Origin: Vicugna vicugna
Taxonomy: Eukaryota
Assembly: GCA_013265495.1 (NCBI GenBank)
Contig: MU057801.1
Location: 2,326,301 to 2,386,300, forward strand
DNA: 60,000 nt
Direction of reading: 5' to 3'
The first letter of the stretch is position 1. Each line of letters opens with the position of its first letter. Below, one piece after another: positions 48,222 through 60,000 of this stretch. Position numbers and translations under genes: made by a program. The notes under the pieces are model-generated. The model was not told the origin of the DNA. It did no database searches and worked only from the letters and a program-made list of their open reading frames with translations.

Positions 48222-51200
48222 GATTCATTCATTCATTCATTCTCCATTTGTTCATCATCCATCCATCCATCCATCCACCCATCCATCCATCCACCCACAC
48301 ATCCATTTATCCAACCATCCCTCCACCCAACCATCCCTACACTCATCCATCCATATATCCACACATCCATCCATCCAGCCAGCCAGCCAGCCATCCATCC
48401 ATCCATCCATTTATCCATCCATCCTTCCACCCATCCATCCATCCATCCCTCCGCCCATCCATCCATCCACCCACCCACCCATCCATTCATCCATCCACCC
48501 ACCCATCCATCCATCCATCCATCCACCCACCCACCCATCTATACACCCATCCATCCACACATCCACACATCCATCCAGCCAGCCACCCACCCATCCATTT
48601 ATCCATCCACCCACCCACCCATCCATCCATCCATCCATCCATCCACCCACCCAACCATCCACCCACCCATCCATTTATACATCCATCCCTCTACCCATCC
48701 ATCCATCCATCCACCCAGCCACCCATCCATACACCCATCCATCCACACATCCAGCCATCCATCCATCCATCCATCCATTTATCCATCCATCCTTCCATCC
48801 ATCCATCCATCCCTCCACCCATCCATCCATCCATCCACCCAGCCACCCATCCATACACCCATCCATCCACACATCCACACATCCACACATCCAGCCAGCC
48901 AGCCAGCCAGTCAGCCATCCATCCATCCATTTATCCATCCATCCATTTATCCATCCATCCTTCCATCCATCCATCCATCCCTCTGCCCATCCATCCATCC
49001 ACCCACCCACCCATCCATACACCCATCCACCCACCCATCCATACATCCATACACCCANNNNNNNNNNNNNNNNNNNNNNNNNNNNNNNNNNNNNNNNNNN
49101 NNNNNNNNNNNNNNNNNNNNNNNNNNNNNNNNNNNNNNNNNNNNNNNNNNNNNNNNNNNNNNNNNNNNNNNNNNNNNNNNNNNNNNNNNNNNNNNNNNNN
49201 NNNNNNNNNNNNNNNNNNNNNNNNNNNNNNNNNNNNNNNNNNNNNNNNNNNNNNNNNNNNNNNNNNNNNNNNNNNNNNNNNNNNNNNNNNNNNNNNNNNN
49301 NNNNNNNNNNNNNNNNNNNNNNNNNNNNNNNNNNNNNNNNNNNNNNNNNNNNNNCCATCCATCCACCCACCCATCCATTTATCCATCCATCCCTCCACCC
49401 ATCCATCCATCCATCCACCAAGCCACCCATCCATACACCCATCCATCCACACATCCACACATCCAGCCAGCCAGCCACCCACCCATCCATTTATCCTTCC
49501 ACCCACCCATCCATCCATCCATCCATCCATCCACAACCCATCCATCCACCCACCCATCCATTTATACATCCATCCCTCACCCATCCATCCATCCATCCAC
49601 CCAGCCTCACATCCATACACCCATCCATCCACACATCCACACATCCAAACATCCATCCATCCACACATCCATCCATCCATCCATCCATCCATCCATCCTT
49701 CCACCCATCCATCCATCCATCCCTCCGCCCATCCATCCATCCACCCACCCACCCATCCATACACCCATCCACCCACCCATCCATTTATCCATCCATCCCT
49801 CCACCCATCCATCCATCCCTCCACCCAGCCACCCATCCATACACCCATCCATCCACACATCCACACATCCACACATCCAGCCAGCCAGCCAGCCATCCAT
49901 CCATTTAACATCCATCCCTCCATCCATCCATCCATCCACCCACCCATCCATCCATCCATCCATCCCTCCACCCATCCATCCATCCATCCACCCACCCACC
50001 CATCCATACACTCATCCATCCATACATCCACACATCCAGCCAGCCAGCCAGCCAGCCATTTATCCATCCATCCTTCCACCCATCCATCCATCCATCCCTC
50101 CACCCATCCATTCCTCCACCCATCCATTCATCCACCCATCCACCCATCCATACACCCATCCACCCACCCATCCATTTATCCATCCATCCCTCCACCCATC
50201 CATCCATCCCTCCACCCACCCACCCATCCATACACCCATCCATCCATACATCCACACATCCAGCCAGCCAGCCAGCCAGCCATTTATCCATCCATCCTTC
50301 CACCCATCCATCCATCCATCCCTCCGCCCATCCATCCATCCTTCCACCCATCCATCCACCCATCCCTCGGCCCATCCATCCATCCACCCACCCACCCATC
50401 CATACACCCAGCCAGCCATCCATCCATCCATCCTTCCACCCATCCATCCATCCATCCCTCCGCCCATCCATCCCTCCACCCCCCCCCCCCCCCCCCCCCC
50501 CACCCAANNNNNNNNNNNNNNNNNNNNNNNNNNNNNNNNNNNNNNNNNNNNNNNNNNNNNNNNNNNNNNNNNNNNNNNNNNNNNNNNNNNNNNNNNNNNN
50601 NNNNNNNNNNNNNNNNNNNNNNNNNNNNNNNNNNNNNNNNNNNNNNNNNNNNNNNNNNNNNNNNNNNNNNNNNNNNNNNNNNNNNNNNNNNNNNNNNNNN
50701 NNNNNNNNNNNNNNNNNNNNNNNNNNNNNNNNNNNNNNNNNNNNNNNNNNNNNNNNNNNNNNNNNNNNNNNNNNNNNNNNNNNNNNNNNNNNNNNNNNNN
50801 NNNNNNNNNNNNNNNNNNNNNNNNNNNNNNNNNNNNNNNNNNNNNNNNNNNNNNNNNNNNNNNNNNNNNNNNNNNNNNNNNNNNNNNNNNNNNNNNNNNN
50901 NNNNNNNNNNNNNNNNNNNNNNNNNNNNNNNNNNNNNNNNNNNNNNNNNNNNNNNNNNNNNNNNNNNNNNNNNNNNNNNNNNNNNNNNNNNNNNNNNNNN
51001 NNNNNNNNNNNNNNNNNNNNNNNNNNNNNNNNNNNNNNNNNNNNNNNNNNNNNNNNNNNNNNNNNNNNNNNNNNNNNNNNNNNNNNNNNNNNNNNNNNNN
51101 NNNNNNNNNNNNNNNNNNNNNNNNNNNNNNNNNNNNNNNNNNNNNNNNNNNNNNNNNNNNNNNNNNNNNNNNNNNNNNNNNNNNNNNNNNNNNNNNNNNN

Positions 51201-51560
51201 NNNNNNNNNNNNNNNNNNNNNNNNNNNNNNNNNNNNNNNNNNNNNNNNNNNNNNNNNNNNNNNNNNNNNNNNNNNNNNNNNNNNNNNCCCACCCATCCAT
51301 TTATCCATCCATCCCTCCACCCATCCATCCATCCCTCCACCCAGCCACCCATCCATACACCCATCCATCCACACATCCACACATCCACACATCCAGCCAG
51401 CCAGCCAGCCATCCATCCATTTAACATCCATCCCTCCATCCATCCATCCATCCACCCACCCATCCATCCATCCATCCATCCCTCCACCCATCCATCCACA
51501 CATCCATCCACACATCCATCCACACATCCATCCATCCATCCAGCCAGCCAGCCAGCCATC
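48222..51560 (+). repeat. Compound (CCAT)n/(CCAC)n/(CCAG)n satellite-like array containing two assembly gaps
   Basis: Seen directly; N runs at 49058-49354 and 50508-51288. Confidence 0.98.
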
Positions 51561-52965
51561 TGCTCGTCTATTTTTGCATTCGTTTGATCACTCTTCCTCC
51601 AGTCTCTCCATTCGTCCCACTACAATGCAATGCAGATGGTCCCCGGTGATAGCCACCTGTGTCCTCTTTGTGTCTGTCCTTGATGCTGGGCTCACAGTGG
51701 GGTGTCCCTTTTGTGGGGGCACCATGCCCAGGCCCAGGGGTAGGAGGTGACAGAGATGACAGCAGGCTCTGTCCTCTGTGGACCCCGTCAGGACACTTGT
51801 CCCGGGAGCTGCCTGTCTGATGTCCCCTCTGGGGATGGCCCAGAAGATGGCAGTTCTGGTCCCCACCCCCCGTCCTGCCCCTCGATGTCTATGTTCCCTG
51901 ACCAGGGCCCAGCCTGGCCTCCGTGGCCGTCAGCACTGACCAGTAGCCTGGAGACAGGCCTTGAGATGACAGACCCCTGCCTCCTAGGTCCTTGCCGGGA
52001 GCTACCCTGGAGGGGCCTAGGGAAGGGGCAGGACTGGATCAGGATGGGGTGGTGTGCTGTCTGCTGGAGTACCCAGCGGGAGGGGCTGAGGCATCCTCCC
52101 TCCGGCCTCTTGAATGTTGGGGATCTGGTTTGCATGTCTGTGGTTGGCAATCTGTCCCTTTCCCTGCTGGTCAGTCACCAGCTGGGGGCCTGTCCCGTGT
52201 CATTGTACCCTGGACAAACCCCCCAGATTCAGCCCAGTCACTAGTCCCAAATCCTTAGGGAGTGAAAATGTACTTGGGGCTCACGATACAAGCACATAAT
52301 ATAAAAACTGATACGCATTTTGTGAATCCCCGATTTCCACGAAACCCAGAGGTTTTACGGGGGCCTGGCTTGGAGATGCAGGCCTCGGGGGTGCTTGCTG
52401 GGAGTCCCCCTCACCCAGATGTCCCCCCTGGGGAGTGCTTGCAGAAGGCAGCAGGGAAGGAGGGGTCGGTAAGAAAGAGAAGAGTTGGGCGACCTAAGGA
52501 CAGCGGCAGGAGCACAAGCGTCTGCAGGGCTGGAAGCGTCAGACCCCAGCGCCCGAGGCCTCCTGACCCAGGGACGGGGGGGGGGGGCAGGGCAGAGGGG
52601 CCAGTGTGGCTGAGTCCCTGGAGGTGACAGATGGTCAGGTCCTGCGCGGCCCACACGCACCCGCACACCCGCAGCTCCCCACCAGGAGCGGCCCTCTGTC
52701 TGCCCCGCTTCTGCTCACGTCCCCGTGTCCCCGTGCCAGGGCTACTTTCCCTCTTTCTTTTTCCTAACTATTAAAGCAATGCATATGAAATACAGGACAC
52801 TTGAAAAATACAATGTAAAGAAAAATCCAAAGTGCATGTTTTTTTCATCAAGGCAAGAGCATTGCTTCACTCAACAAACAATGACATGTTCTCTATGCCT
52901 GGCCTGGCTCCTGGCTCTGGTGGTGACACGATGAGTGACAGGAAGGAGAAACAGTGATGGAGACA

Positions 52966-53030
52966 GGAGCAGCGGGGAGCAGCGGGGAGCATCTGGGAGC
53001 AGCGGGGAATAGCAGGGAGCAGCGGGGAGA
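52966..53030 (+). repeat. 10-bp tandem repeat (GGAGCAGCGG), about 6 copies
   Basis: Seen directly. Confidence 0.85.
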
Positions 53031-53221
53031 GGCACTTTAGGTTTGGGGGTCTGTGTTGAGACTTGCAGGCAGATGAACCAGGATGAGTGGCTGCGTGGAG
53101 GGGAGGGGGGAACCCCAAGCCCCCGAGAGGAAGCTGTGCCTGGTGCTTGGAGGTGGGAGAGGCTGCGAGGGATGAGGATGAAGAGGCCGCCCACATGACA
53201 CAGTGTGATGGATTCTCCTGC

Positions 53222-53370
53222 GTTTTGTTTTGTTTTGTTCTTTGGGATTTTTGTGGGGCGGGCGGGGGGTAATTAGGTTTACTTACCTTAATGGAGGGAC
53301 TGGGGGCTGAACCCAGGACCTCGTGCATGCTAAGCATGTGCTCTACCACTGAGCTCTCCCCTCCCCCCCG
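53222..53370 (-). mobile_element. vic-1-like camelid tRNA-derived SINE
   Basis: Minus strand AGCTCAGTGGTAGAGCACATGCTTAGCATGCACGAGGTCCTGGGTTCAGCCCCCAG (A and B boxes), then AAACCTAATTACCCCC and an A-rich tail. Confidence 0.85.
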
Positions 53371-54003
53371 ATTCTCCTACGTTTTTTCATTACATTTGTA
53401 TTTATGAAGAATTGGATCATATTCACTGTTTTGCATCTTGTGCATGACCTTTTCTTTATAAGCATTTTCCAACATTATTGAGAATTCGCCAATACGGAAA
53501 CACCTGTGTAACTCTGCGGAGATACTGGAAAGGTGTTTGTAGCGGCTGACCATGAGAAACACCAGCCTCCATCAATAGTCGAAGGGCAACGTGGCGGGTT
53601 CCCACCAGCAGTGGTTAGGGCCACCCACCCGCAAGGTGGGGGCTGTCGCTTCCCACACACTGCTCAAGATCAGGAGCCAGGCAGCCTTCATATCCTGGGA
53701 CCGTGCCCACCTCTCTGCACCCCCCGGAATGTGCTGGACTTTCACAGGGAAGCAGAGCTTCGGAGAGCCCTGGGGAGAGTGTGCCCCCTTGTCCTAAGGC
53801 CTGGGCACCAGGACGGGCTGTGACCCACCCTCGGCAGGACAGCAGAGGGAGTCCAGAGTCACGGCACCGGTGGGCAGGAGACCGCTGGGGCACCCTCCAC
53901 CACGAGGGCAGGAGGTGCTCGTCCACTGCGTGAGCTGCCTGGACCGAGGGCCAGTGGCCGGCAGGCAGAGGTGCCCTCCCGGAGGCAGGGTTGCAGGTGC
54001 AGG

Positions 54004-54027
54004 ATTACATCACAAAGTGTGACGTCC
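54004..54027 (+). promoter_or_regulatory. Candidate C/EBP-ATF element and near-CRE upstream of CST8
   Basis: ATTACATCA (TGATGTAAT on the minus strand) at 54004-54012 and TGACGTCC at 54020-54027, about 550 bp upstream of the ATG. Confidence 0.4.
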
Positions 54028-54564
54028 CTGCGGGGCGTGGACTCAGAAGGTGAAGACAGACCAGGGGTCAGGAGCAGGAGGCCCCGACCAGGGCTTGGGG
54101 GCAGCTGGAAGTGCTGGTTCCCAGGAGAACCCCGGGCAGGGGTTGGGTCAGCACCCAACTCCACAGGAGGGGCAGCAGTTTGGAAAGGGGGCCAGAGCAG
54201 GAAGACTCAGGGCAGCCACAGCCTTCACGGTTGCACAGACGCAGAAACAGGAGTAGGCGGTGAGGCACTCAGGGTAGGTGTGGACCCCAAGTCCAAGTGC
54301 TGTCGCTGGAGCCGCCGACCCACCCCGGATGAGTGGGGCGGGAGGCCGGTGGGGCGCCCTTCACTGGCTCCTGTGGGGGGGCTCCTTGGAGGACAGATGG
54401 TGCCCCCCGGGTAGCCCTGACGGCTCTGTCTCAATCCAGCTGGGCTGACGCTCTCACAGCAAGATCTGTGAACCTGCGCGGGAGCAGCGGCCACCCCACC
54501 CCTCCTGCGGCTCCAGCCCTGAGACGCCAAGGAAGCCCACCTCCGGTCCCTGGACAGAGGGACC

Positions 54565-54795
54565 ATGACCAGACCCTGGGGGGCCTGCCTGCTCCTGCTC
54601 ACCATTCCGCTGGCCCTGGTGGACAGCGCGGACCTCGACAATATGAAAGTCAAGGTGCTGAGAGAATTGAAGAAAGTGAGCCCCTCCAGTGCCAACGTGA
54701 GGCAGTGCCTGTGGTTTGCCATGCAGGAGTTCAACAGGGAGAGCGCCGAGAAGCACCTCTTCCAGGTGGTCAAGGTGCTACAAGTCCACCTGCAG
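54565..54795 (+). CDS. CST8: Cystatin-8 (CRES), first coding exon (join 54565-54795, 55126-55239, 57922-58005; 142 aa)
   Basis: MTRPWGACLLLLTIPLALVDS...VLRELKKVSPSSANVRQCLWFAMQEFNRESAEKHLFQVVKVLQVHLQ, then donor GTAAGG. ANVxQCLWFAMQE is the CST8-type hallmark, and the gene is in the syntenic position. Confidence 0.9.
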
Positions 54796-55125
54796 GTAAG
54801 GCGCCTCCCCTGGTTGGTGCATTTGCACCTGGTGGCCCAGACCGAGGCCAGGCTAGGAGGGCGGGTGTGGGGGTCCCTGGTACCAGTGGCAGCAAATGTG
54901 CGCCCCACACCCTGGAGGTAGGAGGTCTCGCCTTCGAGGAGCCGCCCCAGGCACCCGGTGGGGCCAGACCAGGGCATCGGGATGTGGTGGGTGCCACAGA
55001 CCCCCCGCTAAAGGTGTGTTTGGGGAGAGAGGACATGGGGGGCAGAAGTTGTTTACGGCTTGCTGAAACTTTCAAAAGTAAAATAAAGCTTTTTTGAGCA
55101 AAGCCGCACGATTGCCCATCAACAG

Positions 55126-55239
55126 GTCATGGATTGTTTGGATAACCTCATCGAGGCCTACACTGCCCGCACCAATTGCAGGAAGCTCTGCAGAGGCAGC
55201 GAGAACTGTGTCCCGAAGGGAAACCCCAGGCCGGAGGAG
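55126..55239 (+). CDS. CST8: Cystatin-8, second coding exon (GC donor)
   Basis: aacag acceptor, then VMDCLDNLIEAYTARTNCRKLCRGSENCVPKGNPRPEE, then GCAGGT. 114 nt; ARxxCRK motif aligns with CST8. Confidence 0.75.
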
Positions 55240-55334
55240 GCAGGTGCAAACCAACCGTCCGCGGTGGCCCTGGCTGCTCTGAGCCCCCCGCAGAACTCGG
55301 GGTACCCAGACCTCCTCCTTGAGGTCAGCATCAC

Positions 55335-55425
55335 TCCTGGTGTTTAGACAGCGGGGTCCCACCTGCAGAGTCTGATTCAGTGGGTCTGGGCTGGGACCCA
55401 AGAGCTGGCATTGCTAACAAGCCCC
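55335..55425. mobile_element. MER5A-like (hAT-Charlie) fragment
   Basis: tctgattcagtgggtctgggctgggacccaagag...gcattgctaacaagc. Confidence 0.6.
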
Positions 55426-56045
55426 GGCAGGACGAGGGGAGCTGCTCGGGCCTCGGTGCCTCACCTGGAGAGTCTCGGCGCGGGAAACAGGGCCCGCTGA
55501 CCGGTGCCCGTGGTTACCTGTGCCCAGAACTGCGTCCGTGAGCTCCCGTGAGCAGGTCTGCCGACTGCAGCCGCAGACGCCCGGCACGACAGACACTTCC
55601 AGCAGCAGTATGTCTGGGCCGTCCCATCTTTTATGTCGGTTTTGTCTTTTCCCGGAAGCAGAGTGTGGTGGTTTCAATTTCTGTTTTTTGCTGGGCTGGT
55701 TGTGGTTGCAGGAAGGTTGTTGCTTTTTAGCTATTTGCAGAAAACACTCAAGAGAAGGGAGGAGAATTGTCTCCAAGGGGCTCGTTTGTTCTGCCGTTCC
55801 CGTGGCCCACCTCGGGCGTGAGACCAGGTCTTCACGCAACACGTTTATCAGTGAGGAAAACCTCGCCTCCTTCTCTCCAAGTGTTTCGAGTCGCGCGGAA
55901 AGGGAGCGACGCTGGCCACCGCTCGCGCTCCTGGACTCGATGGGGTTCTTTGCAGTATTTACGTCGTCACTAAATATTCTGTCGTGTTGATTTCTGAAAT
56001 TCCTTCAACACTCGTTTCACTATTTTTTAAATTAAGAATGTTTCA

Positions 56046-56150
56046 GAGGGTAGGACTAGCTCAGAGGTCAAGTGCAAGCTTAGCCTGCACGAGTTCCTGG
56101 GCTCAAGACAGCACTTCCATTAAAAACAATAAGAATAACATTTAAAAAAT
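56046..56150 (+). mobile_element. vic-1-like SINE, degenerate
   Basis: tagctcagaggtcaagtgcaagcttagcctgcacgagttcctgggctcaa followed by an A-rich tail. Confidence 0.7.
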
Positions 56151-57921
56151 TAATCAGTCGAGAGTGTTTCCTTCTAGGAGTTCTCCTTTCAGCACCTGCA
56201 CGCGCACAGTAAGTGGCCCTTCTCCTCTGACCCACTCGTGCAATAGACTGAAACAGCAGGTTCCTCAACGGCGAGCCCTTCTTCCCCGTCCGGGACACGG
56301 AGCACCTGTCCCTTCCTGGCAGTTCTCCAGCCTGACTCGAACGTCAGGGTTAGTTCTCACCCGCAGTGACTGACGGTGGCAACAGGTGCACAGGGAGCCC
56401 GGGTGTGGGTCTCGTTGGTGAGTCTGCACCTCTTCAAGGTCCTGGATGGCTGCGCGTGGACGCGGCGGGGCGGCTCCTTGCTCCTCTGACCCGCTCGGCT
56501 CTGTGGAGCCTGCTGTCCACGTGCACACCTGGCATTCCCGTGTCTTTGATGGCGAATGTCCAGGTCTCTGTGGGTGCGGGGGCGCGGTTCCGGAGGGCCA
56601 CCCGGGGATACGCTCGTGCACGTTGAGGTATGATTGGCTTCAGTTCATATTTTGTATTTTTACATTTTACGTAACTCCACTAACTGGAGTTAGCGTTACC
56701 TGGGTGACAGCAGGTCGGCCCCTTCCTCGGGTCCCCTCCCTTTGTGGGCGCCGTTCTGCGGGGCCAGGCTGGGAGGGACAGCTGGTCGGCGGAGGTGTCT
56801 CTTCTTGCGGCTTAGGGTGCAGGGGGCCATGAACCACTGTCCGTGTAGGAACTTTGCTTTTATGTGTACGAAGTGCTCACACTTCCCTAGTGTGGAGAAT
56901 GTGGCCCCACACGCACGCACACACAAGGTTCACGGCCTCGTCCCAAACTACTGAACCAGAACGTCAGGTCCAGACACCCCCCACCCCCGTCGTGTCGCTG
57001 GAGCACCCTGCGTTAGGGACAATGACTGTTTGATATGCGGCCGCCCTTCATTTGCTGGCGTTTTAGGGTGCTCCATTTAGTCGGGGAGTTCGGGTTATAA
57101 TTGGTTTCTCAGTTCTGTTTGGTTCCAGGGTTTCTCTGGTCTGGTGTCATGAGAATGAGGCTTTCCATCATTTCTGTGATCTGGTTCCGTTAAAGACCAA
57201 AGGAGGTCTGGGGTCCCAGGGCTTGATGACTTGGTGTTTTTTGCGGGTTTGTGGGAGGAGGAGGCGCGTAATGCCCTTCTGCACGTGGCCCGGACCCACA
57301 GGGACCTAAGCCCTCCTCCCTGCCACCCTGGGGTGCTGAGTGCCTCCGTGGTTCCAGGCAGCGACGGAAGATGCCCTTCGCTGTCTTCCAGGACCGCTAC
57401 CTGCCTGGCCCCATCCTCCGTCCCTGCCCCCGTGCACCCGTCTGTGACCCACACATGGAACATTTCACTTGTCATTTCAGCGGCATTTCGAGAAGGAGAG
57501 AAGCGGCCTTTGGAGGAAAAGGTCCGTTCGGCCCCAGAACCCGCCACATTGCTCTTCCCTGGTGTACGCGTTACCAGGGCCCAGGGCGTTATGGGGCTTT
57601 ACGATCACCCACATCACGCTGTGCCTGGCACAGAACCGCAGCGCTTACGCTGTAGAAAATACTCGTGAGAATTAAAAACAAAATCAGCTTTGCATCCAAT
57701 CTCCCCCCAAAATATGATTATTGGTACTTGCTGTCCCTCGGTGGGCGGGGCAGTGGGGACCGAGGCCCCTGCAGGTCCCTGCGTGTAAGGCCTGACGCCT
57801 CCAGCCAGCAGGCTCCCGGGGACCGCCCTTGGGCTGACGACCGTCTTCCTAAGCTGACGCCCGGCACCTTGCCTTCTCTCGCGGCCGCTGCTGAGCTCTG
57901 CGTGGTGCTGGTCTCTTTCAG

Positions 57922-58005
57922 ATTCGGAGGTGCACCTTCCTGGTGGGCGCGCTCCCCTGGCACAGCGACTTCACCGTGATGAGGAAAGAGTGCGTGGACG
58001 TCTAG
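57922..58005 (+). CDS. CST8: Cystatin-8, third coding exon
   Basis: Acceptor tctctttcag, then IRRCTFLVGALPWHSDFTVMRKECVDV*, matching the CST8 CxFLVGALPW motif. Confidence 0.9.
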   Translation: MRRCTFLVGALPWHSDFTVMRKECVDV

Positions 58006-58554
58006 GGGCCCTGGGCCCCGCCGCGGCCCCTCCTCCGCGCCAGGAGCCCGGCATGCGCGCTCTCAGCAACACGCTCTCCTCACCGCTGCCCGTGGCTTGC
58101 TGTTTTGCTTCCTAGTCTCGCATCAGGTGGTGGCGAACGATGGGCGTGTCCCAGTCCTCCTTCCTGGCCTGGGGGAGGCTGCTCGCCGTGCAGCCCGCGG
58201 TGCACCGCCACCGGGAACAAGGACCGTTTGCCGCTGAGCATAAGGTGGTGGGGGGTAAGGTCTGACTCTCTCTCCCACTGACGTCTCGGGGGAATCCCTT
58301 TGTGATGGGTACCGCCCCTCACAGGGGCCTGAGCCCAGTGGGTACCAACTCCCAGGTGCCCCTGGGAGGCGTCCTTTGGCTTGAGGGCCGGGTCACCTAG
58401 GCGGGCTGGGGTGCCCCTGGCAGAAGCAGCGCCTCCCCCCGGGGTCTCTGTGAACTGGGGGAATTGGTGTATCTTTTGCTGTAAATGTCAACGGTGGTCA
58501 CAGAGAGGGAGGGGTGAGGGCAGTAAAGCCTAAAGAGGAAGCCCAGTGTTCACA

Positions 58555-58606
58555 TGTGTCTGTGTGTGCAGGAGTGTGTGCAGGAGTGTGTGCAGGTGTG
58601 TGTGCT
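58555..58606 (+). repeat. 12-bp tandem repeat (TGTGTGCAGGAG), about 4 copies
   Basis: Seen directly. Confidence 0.8.
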
Positions 58607-60000
58607 GGACTGGGAGACAACAGGGCGGGAGGGGGCAGGCTCATGGCCTGTGTGCACCTTGGAGGGGTCCCCTTCCTATGTGCTCGGTACACAGAGACCC
58701 AGTAGGTGCATTTCTAGGGTCTCCAAAGGAGCCTGGGCAAAGGGTCAGGACCCGGAGATGGCAGTATGTGCAGTGGCCCCCAGCGTCCACCCTGTGTGGG
58801 GTTGGGGGTGTGGCCGCGTGGACCAGCCCTGGGAATGGACCCAGGCCAGCGAAGGGGGCTGCTCCCCCTCGACCTCGTGAATGAAACAAGGAGACCACTC
58901 TGTTTCCGAGGCTCATGGGATAGATTCAGGTTCGCTCCTGAGAAACAGAGGAACTTGGCCAGGGAGGAGGGAGGGGAGGAGTGGCCGGGCTGTGGCCAGA
59001 GCAGAGGCCCAGGAGGCCCAACCTGCATGACCAGCTGGGGTCGGTGAGAGATGGGGCCCTTCTGCTGATGGGGGGTCCTGTGCCCACGTGCTGGCCTCGG
59101 TGGTGAATGGCACGTCTGCCCCGGAGGCCTGGGACTGAGACGGGTCCTGCACTGGCCTGGCCAAAACGGCTCCTGCCCATCCTCCCAGCTCCGCCCCTCC
59201 ACCAGGGCCACCTTGGGTGCTGCTGTCACAAAACTGAAACCAAGCGGACGTCCCCCTCTCTCACGGCCAAAGGTGAATCAAGGGGACGTGAGCCTAACCA
59301 GTGGGGAGGCCAGCTCACCAGCTTCTGCTGGATGTGCGGGTCAGCTCGCTGCCGCCAGCCTCACCCAGGGCCAGCGAGAGCCTCACTCCTCCCCGAGGAA
59401 CCGTCCTCTCCTGCAGACTGCCTGGTGGATCGTCCAGGAGGAGAGGCGACTTGCAGGGCCTGGACGACACCTGTGCAGGCCACTGATGACGCCAGTGGGG
59501 ACCAAGTGTGCCTTCGTGCGCCCATGCGGCCCATAACATTTTATGCCCCAGCTCTACCCCGCGCACCGCCCAGTCACCCGGCGGCAGGTCTACTGTGGCC
59601 CCATGCCTGTCAGCAGAGACGCTCCACACGGGCACTCACACGCCCTGCCCCTCCCTCAGTGCTCCCCACCCCGGTGCTGGGCAGCTGCCCAACTCCTCCC
59701 TGCAGCCACTGGCCTGGCCTCTGTGGTGGAAGGCAGGCATCCCCAAGAAGCGGGGGGAGCGGAGGCCAGAGTGCACGGGGCATGAGCACGTAAGGAGGAG
59801 CTGTGGGCCAGGCTTGGCAGGTGGAGCCCGGAAGCCGCAGTGTCTGACCGTCTCTGCACAGAGCCTGGCCACCCGGGACCAGTCCTGGGTGACAGCCTCC
59901 CTTCCCAGACGTCAGTATGTTTGTGCACGGGGAAGCGAGCCTTGGGCCCTGGCGGGGCCGCAGGAGCCCCCTGGCCGGGGGGCGAGGCCAGGGGCGACGT

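Noticed and set aside
48222..51560. Possible CRISPR-like or telomeric array
   Set aside because: There are no unique spacers, the context is eukaryotic, and the unit is CCAT rather than TTAGGG.
48208..51587. Very long ORFs (up to 1124 aa) rich in H/P/S/I or M/D/G/W
   Set aside because: They are translations of the CCAT array and N gaps, not genes.
53290..53370. tRNA-like A/B box sequence
   Set aside because: It has the SINE body and A-rich tail, and related copies occur elsewhere in the window, so it is a SINE and not a tRNA gene.

Overview
Mammalian genomic DNA, GC-rich, probably from a camelid (inferred from vic-1-like tRNA-derived SINEs and cetartiodactyl-type L1 ends). It covers the start of the reproductive (CRES-subgroup) type-2 cystatin cluster. 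The order is NAPB exon 1 with its CpG-island promoter (-), CSTL1 (+), CST11 (-), two tandem CST12-family paralogues resembling ungulate cystatin-16 and cystatin-15 (+,+), a gapped (CCAT)n array, and CST8/CRES (+). All five cystatins can be assembled by hand as intact three-coding-exon genes, CST8 only if a GC donor is used. The rest is L1, LTR (MER21/MLT1-like), DNA-transposon and SINE relics; repeat family names are from memory, not a database search. I found no prokaryote-type or wholly new gene system. The most notable observations concern the CST16/CST15-like pair: a ~840 bp, ~99% identical exon-3 tract (gene conversion), a shared Pro/Asp-rich C-terminal extension, a conserved donor-stop-AATAAA cassette after exon 2, and a donor-like exon-3 start. 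Also notable are a weakly defined, Cys-enriched CST8 exon 2 and a SINE apparently split by an ORF1-only composite L1.
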